Shown piece after piece: positions 46,401 to 58,709 of a DNA stretch of 64,000 nt. Position 1 is the first letter of the stretch. Each line of letters opens with the position of its first letter. The notes beneath the pieces are model-generated. The model ran no database searches. It worked only from the letters and a program-made list of their open reading frames with translations, and had not been told where the DNA came from. A program made the translations under genes and the position numbers. The stretch lies in the NCBI GenBank assembly GCA_964188305.1, contig OZ076885.1. One strand, given 5' to 3'. This DNA is from Podarcis bocagei. Its lineage: Eukaryota.

Positions 46401-49400
46401 TGAGCAGTGAAGTCCCATCTGCTCACTGATGATAATATATGGAGGGATGCCGCCAATATCAGTGGTAAACGAATTCTGAATTTTCACAGGTCCGTTCCAA
46501 ACAAACTGCTCAATTTCAGGTAAAGGTTTTTGTCTTGAAAAAAGTTATAATCCCAGAGTCCAGTGTAATGAATTATCCCAGCTCCCAGAACTTACCATTG
46601 AGATGAGAAAGATAATCAATATATGCCAAGACGTATTCTGGAATGTCTCCATATTTCTTTAGCCCCAACTCAAAAATCTTAAAGGCCACTGACTTGTCCT
46701 GCAGATTTCAAAACGTTATTAGTTGTAGACAGAAGAATCCAGAGGCTGAAGCAAAAGTTTCATTCACTGTGTTGCAATAATACCTTGCTGCAATAATACT
46801 CCATCAGAGCAGCCGTAACATAGACATGATGACGGGTCCGGGCATCTTCTCGTGCCTTCTTAAATATCATCCTGCCTGATTTTATGCCCTCTGCTCGCCT
46901 TGCAAACTTCATATACTGAATATATACCTGAAACAGATAGGTGGAAAAGGTAAGATCACCTTTTAGAAGTCAACACCATATTAAAGACATGGCTTCTAAA
47001 CCATAGTTGTGACTCTTGATTTGTTTCAAATGAGACAAAACATGAGCCCAGGTCTGAATACCACCCTAAGCCAAACCATGGTTAGTTCTAAGTAGGGCCA
47101 CAGCAGCAGAACCAGCGGAGGTGCAAAGAGGCCACACATTCCCCCCTCTAAGCAACAGAATGCTTGCTCATTCCTAAGTTTGGCTTGCTGTTATTTGTGA
47201 GCAAGGCCATTCTTATTGTCAACAACAGTTCTGCTCATAATCATTTTCAATTAAGTGGAAGGTTGGAAACAGATTACAACATGAAATCTTTCAAATTTTA
47301 CCAAGTCACAAATTATACACCTCAGATATGGCAAAACAGCTGAATAATGTACCAAAAAAAATTGGAAGAAAAAAGGCAACTGATAACAAAAATTGAAAAT
47401 GTGACTGACATTATCTATACGTTTTCAACTGGAATACTTTAGGAACTGACCAAAGAGAAATACACAACTTTTTATCCTATACAGTGGTACCTCAGGTTAT
47501 ATACGCTTCAGGTTACAGACTCCACTAACCCAGAAATATTACCTCAGGTTAAGAACTTTGCTTCAAGATGAGAACAGAAATCGTGCTCCAGCGGCGCAGC
47601 AGCAGCGGGAAGCCCCATTAGCTAAAGTGGTGCTTCAGGTTAAGAACAGTTTCAGGTTAAGAACGGACCTCCGGAACGAATTAAGTACTTAACCCGAGGT
47701 ACCACTGTAGTCATCTCAACAAGGTGAAACAATGAAGACTAAACATACCAAAGTGGGATCAATATCTTCAATAGCTAAGAGCCGATTATATATGCTGTGC
47801 ACCTTCTCATATTTCATCCGACTCTGAAAAAATACAAAAAAGCCCATGTTTAGTTTAACTAGTTTATGCTCAAAATTATTACCAGACCTGCTTATTTGAA
47901 TTTGCCAAGATTAAGTTCTCCAATCAAGATTATGCACAAGAAAGAAGAAGCTGGTTGAACTGGAGATTGAAAGAATTTCACCTAAGGACTCACCTCTTCA
48001 TAATCTGCATATGCAAAATAAAGAAGCATGTTCTTTTTTAGTAAAGTGCTGATTGCTCGTTCATAAATATTTGCAGCTTCATCACTAAACAGTTTAGCAT
48101 TGTTCATGTCCTGGAATCGAGAAAATATGTGAAAATCAACTAACTGTAGGACTAGTATGAAAAATAAAGAGAGTTTTCAGTTCTGTGCTCATTAACAGCT
48201 CTACAGGAATATTGTAAACCCAAGTGGGTTGCCTTGTAGCAAGAACTCAGGAGCTACAATAATGGATCTTATTAGAAACATGCAATTTCACTTCACATGC
48301 TAATTGCAAAAATTGAATATAGTTTAGCAACATGGTAAGTTCAGAATACTTAATTACTTTTATGGACTTGGTATTTTTATTTTCTATTTTAAAGATCTCC
48401 CACAATTTAAAAATGGGATGATATATTTTTGCTTATGATCCCATACGCCTTTGATAGAATTCACCACTTCATTGTCAAATAACAAGGTCCCACAAAACAA
48501 ACAAATGAAAACATAGGCTGGATCCAGATTAAATTAGCTGAATTTAGTCGTCACTGAAATTGTGACTTAACTTAATCATGACTAACTTCACACGGATCTC
48601 AATGGACCCAAGTTCAACTTACTTAGTTTAGTACCAACTATAGATATGTTTAAATGCTGTACATAAAATGCAGGATTTCTTACTGTCTTCTCTTACCCCT
48701 TTCTCAGCTAGTAGTTTGCTGGATTGCTCGAGATATTGTGCAGCTTCATACCAAATATCTGGATGATGTCCCAGCACCAGCAGGCATTGTTCATACGCAA
48801 ACATCACTATGGGAAGACATTGAAACAAGATAAATTCCCAGTGGGTGGAACCTTACAAATTGAATCACTGATGCATTTCTACCAATGATTCACAAATGTA
48901 ACCAAAAATGCAGGTCTCTTAAAGAGCCAGCCACATGATCTCAAGAGGCGCCCTCTTCAATTCTATGCCCTATCAACATCTTTAGAGATTTCCAGACATA
49001 TAATTCCTGACCCCTCTCCAGCTAATAAAATGCTGACTTTGAAACTGTTGGTGGTCAAAAAACGCTGAGGACCAACATGATGTTCTCTTTATAAGATTCC
49101 AAATGTTTTTGCACCCTGAGCCATGGGAGCTTATGACTACTGTTTCAAGAGGCACCAACAGGTTCCTTTTGCAAATTGTGTACCTATGGAGTGCTAGGAA
49201 TATCTAAGTATAAACTTTTCTTTCTGGAGAAAAGCAAAGTGCAACGAAGCCCACTGCAACCAATGGGATTTAAATACACAGTCCAGGCAGCTAGATTTGT
49301 GTATTTTGTAAGAGTCCTGCACCCCAAAGTAACATCAGCACAACTTAATTACTATGGTGATCTTTGCACTATTTCTAAGGAGCACAACAAAAATGTACAG

Positions 49401-52400
49401 TCACCTCTCTTTGTTATAAGGGTTTGGTCTTCAGTACGTAGAGGGTTGCTCTTTTCCCACTGAATATATTTCTTCCACATGTCTACCTGCTGAGCTTCTT
49501 GGGGAGTATTTTGGGGTGGGACCGAAGGAGCATTGCGGTCCAGACCTTTCATCACAGTTTCATATTCCTGAAGAGAAAGGAAGAAACAGAGAAGAGGTTT
49601 CATTAAGGTGGGCTTCGAAACAAAACTTTATATTTAAAGTTACTCCTTTTATCAACTCAACTTAGTAATCTGCTGCAGCTCAAGCATGCAACAAATATTC
49701 ATGCTGTATTAAATCAAGACAAAGGGGGAACAAAACAGCCGGGAGCTTGTACCTTAGCCACACGTCTAGCGTTCATATAATCTCTACTGCGATCTTCAAT
49801 CATTTTCTTAGCTAAGTGGATGTTTATTCCCTGGAAGACAGAAAACAAGAAGTGAAGCCCTGCCCAGAACCACTGTAGGCTTGCAATCCCATGCATGCTT
49901 CCTCATTTGTAAGCATCATGGAACTCGCTGAGACTTAGAAAGCATTAATCAACATAGAATTGCACTGGAAAGCTGTCACTTCGTACTTATACCCAAGTAA
50001 GTGGTGAAATAAAAGCTGGGCTGCTGTGGGGGTTTCTGAATGCACAGCACCCCTGTGTGGGAAAGGGAGGACTCCCAGGAACATTGAAGGGGGAACTAGC
50101 TGCCTGCTGCCCAGGGGGATTCCTGAGCTTTCTTGCCTCTGGAAGCCCTGACTTGGCAGCTCCCAGCAACACCTGAAACTTCACTCCCAGCTGGGCATTT
50201 AGCTGGGCTGGTGGAATAAAAGCTGGGCTCCCTTTGGGAAGAGCCACTTCAGTGGGAGAGCAAAGGCAAGGGATGCCCCCTTAACACCGTCTGCTGTGGG
50301 GTCGGCCTTACTCTGATTGTTTTTAATTGTTTTATCTTTTAAGTGTTTGGGCTTTTTTATTTACAGCACCAATCCTGGCCTGACCACACTAGCTGCCAAT
50401 TGGTTTCTGGGCCCAATTCAAAGTGCTTGTTTTGACCTATAAAGCCTTAAATCAGGCTTCCTCAAACTCGGCCCTCCAGATGTTTTTTGGCCTACAACTC
50501 CCATGATCCCTAGCTATCAGGACCAGTGGTCAGGGATGACGGGAATTGTAGTCTCAAAAACATCTGGAGGGTCGAGTTTAAGGAAGCCTGCCTTAAATGG
50601 CTGAAGACCAGAATACCTCAAGGACTGCCTCTGCCCATATGAACTGACCCAGTCCTTGCAATCATCACCTGAGGCCCTTCTTTGTGTGCTTCCTCCACAA
50701 GAGGGCTGGAGGATGGAACTTGAGAACAGGCTTTTTCTGCAGTGGCTCCCTGTTTTTGGGATGCTGTCCCCACGAAGGCTTGCCTGGCACCTTCATTACG
50801 TATCTTTAGGCACGTGCCGGAAACATTCTTCTTCTCCCAGGCCTTTGGCTGATTAAGCAATCTATGACCTTTTCAACAATGTGCGTGGAGGGGTTATTGT
50901 TATTATGCTATGTACAATTTTATTCTACAATTTTATTCTGCTAGACAAAATGGGAAAACACTTGTCATTTGGATTAGGGTCCTGCTCAAAGAGGGTAAAG
51001 TTGCTGTTTCAGTAGGAGACAATCCTATGTTCTGCAGCCCAGTGGTATTAAGCATATACAATCATAGAATTTTATAGTTGGAAGAGATGCCAAGGGTCAT
51101 CTAGTCCAACCCCCCGCAATGCAGGAATCCCAATTAAAGTATCCATGAAATGATAGGCACAGGTCTCCCAAGTCAGTGAACTGGAGCTCCTCGTTCTCTT
51201 GTTCCTGGAACTGGGAGATGGTCCTTCCCACTGTACAAAGAACACCATCAGATGAAGAATCTAAAGATGGCTGGAGGACCCAGCATCCTTAAGGCAATGG
51301 GAGTCGCCTCATCCACCTAGAATTGGGGCAAAAGTGTACCGGCAAACAAACAAAAAGTCCCAGCAATTTTGAGAGGCAGGTTTGTGTTGCTTACAGAAGA
51401 AGACTTTATTGTCCTGCTCCTTCTGTCCACCCTTCACAATGTTTTTCAGAGGTCTACACTTGCAATAGAAAGGGGCTTGCAGAGAGCCTATTCAAGTAAC
51501 CTCACTGCTGCAGGTCGAGGAAAATAGCTAAATCTTGTTTGAACACCAGGCATCTTTTTATTTACCTCTTCATATTTGTTATAATCTCGCCAGAGTTGCT
51601 CGATGTTGATCATTGGGTTTACACAGCCCCGTTGATATACCCTGCGCACAGCAGTTATCCTCTGGTTTTCTGCATAGGATCCTACTGCTTCACTAAATTG
51701 TGAGGCAAGACAGTAACATACCAGCAATTACATACTGCAACCTGTACGAATATTAACACTGCATTAATTAAGAGAGAAGGCAGATTTTTGTACTTACACG
51801 CCTTTCAAAAAATTGATGTAATCCACCCAGATCTAATGTAAAAATATACAGAATCAGAGCAGTGAACATTTAGTTTGTAGCTATAATCAAACACCACAAA
51901 TAAATATTTAATGAGAAAAGAAACATACCTGGTACGACATTATTTCCATGCCAATTTTATCCAGAGCAAAGTCGTATGCCTGAGCCATTTTTTCTCTGGA
52001 GGAAAACACATACACTATTAGAGCCACATGGTAAAATTACTATTAAAATTACAAAAAGTACAGTTTTAAACTACAATCTTAATAAGCAGTGCCCAACCTA
52101 GTGATAACAGAACAAATTATGCAAGGAGGGAGCTGCAGATAAAAGATAAAAAAGAGGTGGTAAGGGAGCATCTAGCTATTTTAGAGGAATTCAAATCTCC
52201 AGGGGTGAGAGAAGACCCAGGTAACTACTGACTGGTCAGCTTGAGGTCCTAGAACAGATAATGGTTGGTCTGTGAGGACTTAGAAAAGGATGCCAGATGA
52301 ATCTCATTTCACTTGGTGGATCAGGGGAATACTGTGGACGTAATGTACCTTGATTTCAGTAAGGCTTTTGACAGTCCCCCATGATATTTTTGTGGAGAAG

Positions 52401-55400
52401 CTGGTAAAATGTGGGCTGGATGAGGTAAGTCTTAGGTGGATTTGTAGCTGGTTGACTTACCCAAAGCTCACTAATGGTTCCTTGTCATCCTTTTAATATT
52501 TTGAAAGAAATGCAATACATGCCTGTTTATATGAGGGGATACTATCCTGTAAATGTTGCTCTTCTTGTTCTTTCTCTGGGTTTATGCAGTTGGCACAGGA
52601 TCCTAAATAACTGGTTTTGTTTTTAGTTGTACAACCCTTATTGTTGTTAAGCTTCTTACATGGGATGTGATTGGAAAAAATACTTAAAAGAGTACATAAA
52701 AATGGCACCAAGCATGGTTTGTTGCGGCACTGTGTTGCTCTGACTATAGAATTCTGTCCCTGAAAGTGCAGATGGTAAGAACTTAGGTTTCTAGTGCCAA
52801 GTGAAAGCATACTTGTATTTCCTGGCTTTGGGAGGAAATTAGCAGAGTTTACCCAAAGTCTCAGGTTTATCCTGCACTGGCTATGTTTTACTGACAATTG
52901 GCCTCTTAGTGACTGTATTTTATTGCTGTTTTAGGTTTATGATGTAATTTTATATTATTTGAGAACTTGCCCTGTAATTGCTGTGTGTGATGCAGAGCAG
53001 TCTAGAAATTTCGTAACTAAATCAAATAAACAAAACTTGTCAGTGGGAGGGGAATCAGAAACAGCTGTGACAATTACGCCTTCTTTGGATTAGTAGATCA
53101 GTGGAAAAAAGCAACAGATCTTTCTGATATCTTGTGTAAGGCTGCTTCAGAAGTGCCACTTTGTTGGCATATCAACTGGAAGGACTCAAGAGGCATATAT
53201 ACAATGACAAAGAATACCATGTAGGAGTCAGTGCTGACCCAAATTTATGGCACTAGGCCATCTAGGACAACATTCTATGTTGGGTGTCCCCACATGACCC
53301 CCACTGGAGCCAACACTTTTAAATGTCCTGCTGAACCTTTCAGGCATCAGTTCCTGCCTTTACCAACCCCTGTTTTGGTGGAGGTTGCTTCACCTTGCTA
53401 CATGGGCAGGTCTACACTGGCAGAAGTTGTCTAATTATTACTTTAAATGAAAAGCTAACTTGGGAGACTGTGATCCTGCTTCAGCATCCTTAACTGAAAA
53501 AGGAATTAGATTGCAATAAAAAAAGAAGCTAACACAAACAGCATTTACTTACTTATAACTAGGTAGCTTCCCTTTGGTTTCTCGCACATACGAAAGGTAG
53601 CACTTCCATAAGTCAATGTGTAAAACTTTCATAAGGCACCTCTGAAACAGCTATTCACAATGAAGAAAAACAACAACAGGAATCCATGAATAGATATCAG
53701 GAGGCACTTTGGAGCTTGAACAAACAAAGGTTCAGTCTGCATTCCTTTTAAGACAGACAGGCACAGTCTCAGGAATAACAGCCAAGTCTTAATGTAAAGG
53801 TAAGGATGCTGTCAAAACTCTGAAATGCATCCATCCAGTACGAGAACCTTGCAATACATGCACCCTCTATTTGGCATAGTGGTGTACCTTTGTTTTGACA
53901 TTGCCACTTTACACATATTGAAGCACAGATAAATTCCCTGAAAACCTCTGAATTACTGTGTGTAGGAGCAGTAAATAAACTTTGGATCACAGCTGAAAAG
54001 ACTAAGTGGGACTGGGAAATATGAGCATAACAGCAGATGAGCATACAAGGAGGAATGACTTTACTAAGTGGTTCATCCATTTATCTGAGTGGTTTTAAAC
54101 CTGTTCTGGAGAGAGTTGCACTCCCCCTAAAGCAGGGATTGAGGCAGGTAAAACTGCTGCTGCAAAGGAATGATCAGGAGCCTTAAAAGTGTGCTCCCAA
54201 TTGTTCTTTGGTAAGTGGTGCTTTAAAAATTTCATAATAAATGCAAGCTCAACTGGGATTGGCTTCACTTGGGAGCTCCTGACTCTGAGTGCAGACAAAG
54301 CCTGTGGTAGAAACCTTTACAACCCCATCTTGAACTCAAACCAGGATTGGAATGAAAGAATAGTCCTTTTCAGCTCCATCTTAAGTGAAAGTCAGGCTGC
54401 AAAGGAAGAAGGGAAGAATCAGGAGCACACTTCTGAGTCAGCTTTGATTCTTCCTTCGAAATCTGAATCATCCAGTGTCATATATAACATCAGGTGATTG
54501 ACAGGTAGGCATTCCTTCTACCTGTAAAAAGTGGCCCATGGAGGGCAGACCAAAGCCAGCTTCCGAGGCTTGTAGTTTGGGCTGCTCCTAGATCTATCAT
54601 GTCACTGAACGCAGAGGTGGCCTCAGTGGCACAGAGTGCCTTTTATCTGCTGAAGGTGACATATCAACTGCAATCTTACCTAGACAGACAGCTGTGCTTT
54701 GCTAACCTCCCATTTGGATTACTGCAATATGTGAGGCTGCTTTGAAAAATTCTGCAAGATCACAAACTGGGAATGGTGATTCTGATCATACTATGCCAGT
54801 ACTTTGCCATCTACACTAGCTTCCAGTCCATTTCCAGGCTTGATTCATAACACTGCTGTAAAACTTTGAGGTCCTAAGTGGCTTGGGGCCTGGTTACCTG
54901 AGGGATTCCCTCCACCCATTCTTACCTGCCTGGATCCTATAATCTTCTTCAGAGACTTTTCCCAGAATGCCCCTCGCCAAGTGAGTGAAGCAGCCTCATG
55001 TGATATAGTGAATGAAATGGCCTTTTCAAAGGTGGCTTCCCCACTGTGGAATGTCCCTTCCCTTCACGAGGGCAAAAATACAGACTCAATTCATACTTAA
55101 TGGTAGTTCCCTTATGAGTGCCACAAGAATGTGAGCTTGCAGACTGGCATCACTCACACAGAGGCAGTGTCTGGCATCTCCACGTGGGAAATGTTTGTGT
55201 AGTTGCTACAATTTGCATGAGTGTAGTACAGGCACCCCCAACCATCGGCCCTCCAGATGTTTTGGATTACAATTCCCATCATCCCTGACCACTGGTCCTG
55301 TTAGTAGGGATCATGGGAGTTGTAGGCCAAAACATCTGGAGGGCTGCAGACTGGGGATGCCTGGTGTAGTATCTTGAAAAAGACTTGCCAGATTGCATTA

Positions 55401-55863
55401 ACTGTGGTGGCCACATAGACAGCACCCATATGGAGGGCAGAGAACCCCATGTGGTTCTCACAAATGGCACCTGCATGTAAGTGGTTTTGAAGTCACAAGG
55501 CTAGGGGCGGCCTAACCTCTTTTTGAGGTACTCATGTGGGAGCCGCCACTAGGCCATGGCCCCAAAACCTTCTTGTGGAAAATGGGTCTTCAGGCAGATG
55601 TTAGAAATGGGAAGGGGTGTGCGTCTCTTCCTCTTTCCAAGTTTCTTGCCTTTTGCCACAAAGTGGCAGACACTGGAGGCAGTTTATACTTAATTTCCAA
55701 GGCAAATGCTAAGACAAATTAGCTGTTTGCAAGCTTAAGACTGACTTCTCCACAAGGGAGAATAGATGATCCATGTATTTATTCTTCCTTTCAAATCTAT
55801 TTAAAATATAGGCCATACTTATACACTCACCTTTTCTACTTTGTCATAGTTTTTTGCTTTTAT
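37205..55863 (-). CDS. CSTF3: Cleavage stimulation factor 77 kDa subunit (CstF-77), 5'-partial, exons 4-21, 642 aa; complement(join(37205..37407,41477..41537,41685..41779,42095..42248,43531..43726,45155..45224,46596..46698,46784..46927,47749..47823,47994..48110,48697..48806,49405..49567,49753..49830,51566..51692,51798..51832,51929..51995,53553..53650,55831..55863))
   Basis: All 18 exons are GT-AG and in frame (1929 nt). The translation is near-identical to recalled human CstF-77, from [11 protein letters not shown] through the HAT repeats and proline-rich region to [12 protein letters not shown]. Confidence 0.98.
37854..38594. repeat. GC-rich minisatellite, 7 x 106 bp
   Basis: Units start at 37854, 37961, 38067, 38173, 38279, 38385 and 38491, and are near-identical. 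Confidence 0.95.
38602..40157. repeat. GC-rich tandem array, 7 x about 220 bp (first unit diverged)
   Basis: Units start at 38602, 38841, 39061, 39281, 39501, 39721 and 39941. Confidence 0.95.
40729..40868. mobile_element. hAT-type MITE
   Basis: CAGTGCTTT...AAAGCACTG TIR; 8-bp TSD TCTAAAGG/TCTATAGG (7/8). Confidence 0.8.
41477..41537 (-). CDS. CSTF3: CSTF3 exon 20 ([20 protein letters not shown])
   Basis: ctgcag acceptor, A|GTAAGT donor. Confidence 0.96.
41685..41779 (-). CDS. CSTF3: CSTF3 exon 19 ([10 protein letters not shown]...VCFQ)
   Basis: tactag acceptor, CAG|GTTGGT donor. Confidence 0.96.
42095..42248 (-). CDS. CSTF3: CSTF3 exon 18 (DVSRAKL...PRHLA)
   Basis: ttccag acceptor, C|GTAAGC donor. 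Confidence 0.96.
43070..43240 (+). mobile_element. CR1 LINE 3' end
   Basis: tttaagcagaggctgaatggccatctgtcagggatg...ggggttggac...cttccaactctgtgattctgtgat, a typical CR1 3'UTR and octamer tail. Confidence 0.75.
43531..43726 (-). CDS. CSTF3: CSTF3 exon 17 (EIWARFLAF...ALGYK)
   Basis: ttcacag acceptor, AAG|GTATGG donor. Confidence 0.96.
44176..44310. other. Assembly gap (135 N) in CSTF3 intron 16
   Basis: Run of N; no coding exon is missing across it. Confidence 0.99.
45155..45224 (-). CDS. CSTF3: CSTF3 exon 16 ([24 protein letters not shown])
   Basis: aaatag acceptor, GG|GTAAGC donor. Confidence 0.96.
46596..46698 (-). CDS. CSTF3: CSTF3 exon 15 (DKSVAFKIF...LSHLN)
   Basis: ctgcag acceptor, G|GTAAGT donor. 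Confidence 0.96.
46784..46927 (-). CDS. CSTF3: CSTF3 exon 14 (VYIQYMKF...YYCSK)
   Basis: tttcag acceptor, AAG|GTATTA donor. Confidence 0.96.
47482..47707. mobile_element. Tc1/mariner (Tigger-like) MITE
   Basis: TA-CAGTGGTACCTC...GAGGTACCACTG-TA, 41 bp from CSTF3 exon 13. Confidence 0.9.
47749..47823 (-). CDS. CSTF3: CSTF3 exon 13 (SRMKYEK...IDPTL)
   Basis: tttcag acceptor, TTG|GTATGT donor. Confidence 0.96.
47994..48110 (-). CDS. CSTF3: CSTF3 exon 12 (DMNNAKLF...ADYEE)
   Basis: ttccag acceptor, GAG|GTGAGT donor. Confidence 0.96.
48697..48806 (-). CDS. CSTF3: CSTF3 exon 11 (VMFAYEQC...LAEKG)
   Basis: ccatag acceptor, GGG|GTAAGA donor. Confidence 0.96.
49405..49567 (-). CDS. CSTF3: CSTF3 exon 10 (EYETVMKG...LITKR)
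   Basis: cttcag acceptor, G|GTGACT donor. Confidence 0.96.
49753..49830 (-). CDS. CSTF3: CSTF3 exon 9 (GINIHLAKK...RRVAK)
   Basis: ttccag acceptor, AAG|GTACAA donor. Confidence 0.96.
50380..50860 (+). mobile_element. L2-like LINE 3' fragment interrupted by a hAT MITE
   Basis: Encodes [20 protein letters not shown], an L2 ORF2-like motif, continuing after the MITE. Confidence 0.7.
50453..50590. mobile_element. 138-bp palindromic hAT-type MITE
   Basis: CAGGCTTCCT...AGGAAGCCTG TIR; perfect 8-bp TSD CCTTAAAT at 50445-50452 and 50591-50598. Confidence 0.92.
51060..51130 (-). mobile_element. CR1 3'-terminal fragment (similar fragment at about 21209-21275)
   Basis: aatcatagaa...gttggaag...ggtcatctagtccaacccc. 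Confidence 0.65.
51566..51692 (-). CDS. CSTF3: CSTF3 exon 8 ([10 protein letters not shown]...NKYEE)
   Basis: atttag acceptor, GAG|GTAAAT donor. Confidence 0.96.
51798..51832 (-). CDS. CSTF3: CSTF3 exon 7 ([12 protein letters not shown])
   Basis: cattag acceptor, GT|GTAAGT donor. Confidence 0.95.
51929..51995 (-). CDS. CSTF3: CSTF3 exon 6 (EKMAQAYDF...IMSYQ)
   Basis: ctccag acceptor, CAG|GTATGT donor. Confidence 0.96.
52180..52490 (+). mobile_element. Decayed CR1 reverse-transcriptase fragment
   Basis: Encodes [20 protein letters not shown], a CR1 RT motif, with frameshifts and deletions. Confidence 0.8.
53553..53650 (-). CDS. CSTF3: CSTF3 exon 5 (LFQRCLMK...LPSYK)
   Basis: gaatag acceptor, AA|GTAAGT donor. 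Confidence 0.96.
54480..55065 (+). mobile_element. Decayed L2-like LINE fragment
   Basis: Motifs ttggattactgcaat (LDYCN), ctacactagcttccagtc (LHxLPV) and ggcttggggcctggttacctgagg (GLGPGYLR). Confidence 0.65.
55229..55363. mobile_element. 135-bp palindromic hAT-type MITE
   Basis: CAGGCA...TGCCTG termini; perfect 8-bp TSD GTGTAGTA at 55221-55228 and 55364-55371. Confidence 0.9.
55831..55863 (-). CDS. CSTF3: CSTF3 exon 4 ([11 protein letters not shown])
   Basis: ttacag acceptor, AAG|GTGAGT donor. Sequence from 55864 to the window end is intron 3. Confidence 0.95.
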
Positions 55864-57274
55864 CTGTAAAACAAACAAAACTCAAATGGTTAGGTCAATC
55901 TTGCACTAAAGAATTAAAATCATTCTACATTATTATTTAAGTCAGGATGGGGAACCTCCAGCTCGTGGTCTCTTAAGACTCCTTTGGGCTCCTCCCTACA
56001 CAGGCACTGCTCAGCTAACCCTCCTCAACTGGTTTTGTCTGGAATGTGTCATTCAATAGCGACTAATAGTTTAGGCGTGTGTATGCATTCCTGGCTTGTG
56101 TGTGGCTGATACGTAGCCTACTGCACCAAGTTAAGAATTTCATTTGTTGCCCCACACTTTTGCCTCTCCCCACTTCCCCTTCGAGCACTGGCCTGCCACC
56201 TCCAGAGATGGCCTATGAGAATGTAGTCCTTGGGGTGAGGGTTCTGCACCCTGATCTAGCTTCAGTAGGTTTGGTGTTCTAGGACTTCCATTTCATCATT
56301 AACTGCAAAATATTCTTCAAATAGATGAATCCCACACCGCCACCTTTTTAAAGGATAATACTGCTTTCCCTGAAACAACTGGAACTCTTCTTACGAACAA
56401 GACATAAAACATTAACATACTAAAAACCCTTTATGTGCATTTCATTCGGTATGGAGTTGGTTTTGATAACATTTATGTATGTCTAGCTATGTGTTTTGAT
56501 GCAATACTTCTTGCACAAGCAGCCACCGAAGCTTGTCAAAAATGAATGCTTTACCTAAAGCTTACAGGGCACTCTGTCCTCCTGCAGTAGTTTTCAAACT
56601 TTGTTTCCAAAGAACAGAGTGATTGTTCTGAATGGTTTCCTTCATGAAGTAGATTTTCCATTACAGGTTTTCCCCAGCTGCAGAGCATAATTTCAGTGGT
56701 CATAGAACAACTGTGATTATGTCTAAAAGGCCTAGCTGGTGTTAAGTTTCCAACAGATGGGATTTTCTTAGCAAACAAATGTACATGGAATGGATTCCCT
56801 GAAGAAACAAAATTTGAAAGCCACTATTTGGGTGCTTTATTTTTTCTCCAGGTGACACTGTGGTCATATTAGTGATAAGCTTCCAAACAAGGTACATATT
56901 ATATAGTGAGGGTTGCATGCACCCTGCAGTTGTGGGCTTCCATTCCACAGTGCAGGTGAACAATAACACATTGCTATGCACTGTCCAATTTAGCCACAAT
57001 TCCAATACTGTCTTCGGAAGAGAGGAATCTCTTCTTATTTGCTTCCAAGCACTAGTTCCTTTTGTAAAGGAATTAAATAATAATAATTTAGAATCAGGAC
57101 TCAAAAGCAGACCATGGGGACTGAAATCCAGTCAAAGAGCAGCTTGCTTAGGTAAGAATAGGGTGCCCAAGTCTCTGGCATTTGTGCAATGTCACATCTG
57201 AAACAAAGGTTCTGCAGTGAAGCCTGTACTATCTGAAGCAAAGGCTACATTGTAGATGGAACACAGCTGTAAAT

Positions 57275-57459
57275 CGGGGTAGTCAACCTTTTTATACCCA
57301 CCGCCCACTAATGCATCTTTCTTGATGGCAAAATTTCCTTACCGCCCACCAGTGCTCGATGGAAGGAGGATTCAGCTTGTGCCGTAGAACCCCCTACCGC
57401 CCACCTAGAATCCTGAAACGCCCACTAGTGGGTGGTAGGGACCAGGTTGATAACCCCTG
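57275..57459. mobile_element. hAT-type MITE
   Basis: GGGGTAGTCAACC...GGTTGATAACCCCTG; 8-bp TSD CTGTAAAT at 57267-57274 and 57460-57467. Confidence 0.88.
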
Positions 57460-58485
57460 CTGTAAATGAATATGAAGCACTAGGAACTTATGCAGCCTGC
57501 TCCTGATCAGCAATGAAATGTTCAAAGTCACTGTAAGTGCTTGTATTTTTTCACCCATGTCTCTGCATTCCAACTCAGTCTGCAAAGATCCCCATGAGTT
57601 GGTAAGTTTATATTGCTTTACATATCTGATTTCTAAAGTACACCTACAGAGCTGCAATATTCAGAATCAGTAGGTGCACTGTTTCAGTTCTTCTGATCAT
57701 CATAGTCCAGACATGTGGGGTGCTTCTGTCTGTACTACCACTGACGGGCAAAGCTGGCACAAAACCAAGAGGGGCTGCAAAGTCTCTATTGAGCCTTTCC
57801 AGACAGTAAGACTTTTTTCTCCCTTAGCACTAAACCATTATTGCATCTGAACACTTCCCTGGCAACCACAGGTGACCAGGAACTGCATACAGGTGAGTTC
57901 ATCAGTTGAAACAAAGAGTGCTCCATTCGTCCGCTGAGCTCAGTATAGTAGCCAAGTGGGCTGCTAGAGGAGGGAAGCCCCTTCATCCATGCCCAGCATT
58001 GACATACAGCTCTCTGCACCTTTTCTGACAGCCTCCCCTAGTAATTTGGGGTGGGGAGCAGGCTACCATCTTCTAGAGGGTATTTACAAGGTAACACTAA
58101 ACGCTTGCTGCTCCTGATCCAGCACATGAAAGAATATCCCACTTATAATGGAAGGAATTGTTTTAGCTTCACTGTGGGGTGCTGCATAGCATAGCCCTGT
58201 TCACTAAATTGCTTACAAGGGTAGATGTCTAATCCAGCATCAGAAGGGAAGAGACAAGGAGAAGAGAAATAGCAAAAGGTTCATTAAATGGAAGGGTGTT
58301 GCTGTGGAAGGAAGGAGGAACTTTGATGATTTCTCCAGTTTGCATGTGGGATTAGAGCACAAGAATCTACCCTATACAGAATCAGACCACACATTGACTG
58401 GCATTGATTTCCCATGTTTGTTGCAAGACGCTGAAGATGCTTGGGGATTGATCCTGTGACACTTTGCATGTTCTATGTTCTAGAC

Positions 58486-58709
58486 CCATGGTTCCCAACA
58501 TGGGGCACACGCCCCAAGGAGGGCAATTTGATTTTTAAGGGGGGCAATTCGAGAATGAGTTATTAATAGTGAATGGCCTTTTAGGCTTCCTCCACATGAA
58601 TAGGAGTTCACTTTTTGAATAAGAATTATATGTCACGGGGGGGGGGGGGAGATCAGAATCTTAGAGATGCTTATGTGGGTCATGGCCAAAAAAAGGTTGG
58701 GAACCACTG
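58486..58709. mobile_element. hAT-type MITE
   Basis: TGGTTCCCAAC...GTTGGGAACCACTG; TSD TTCTAGAC/TTCTAGAT (7/8). Confidence 0.82.
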
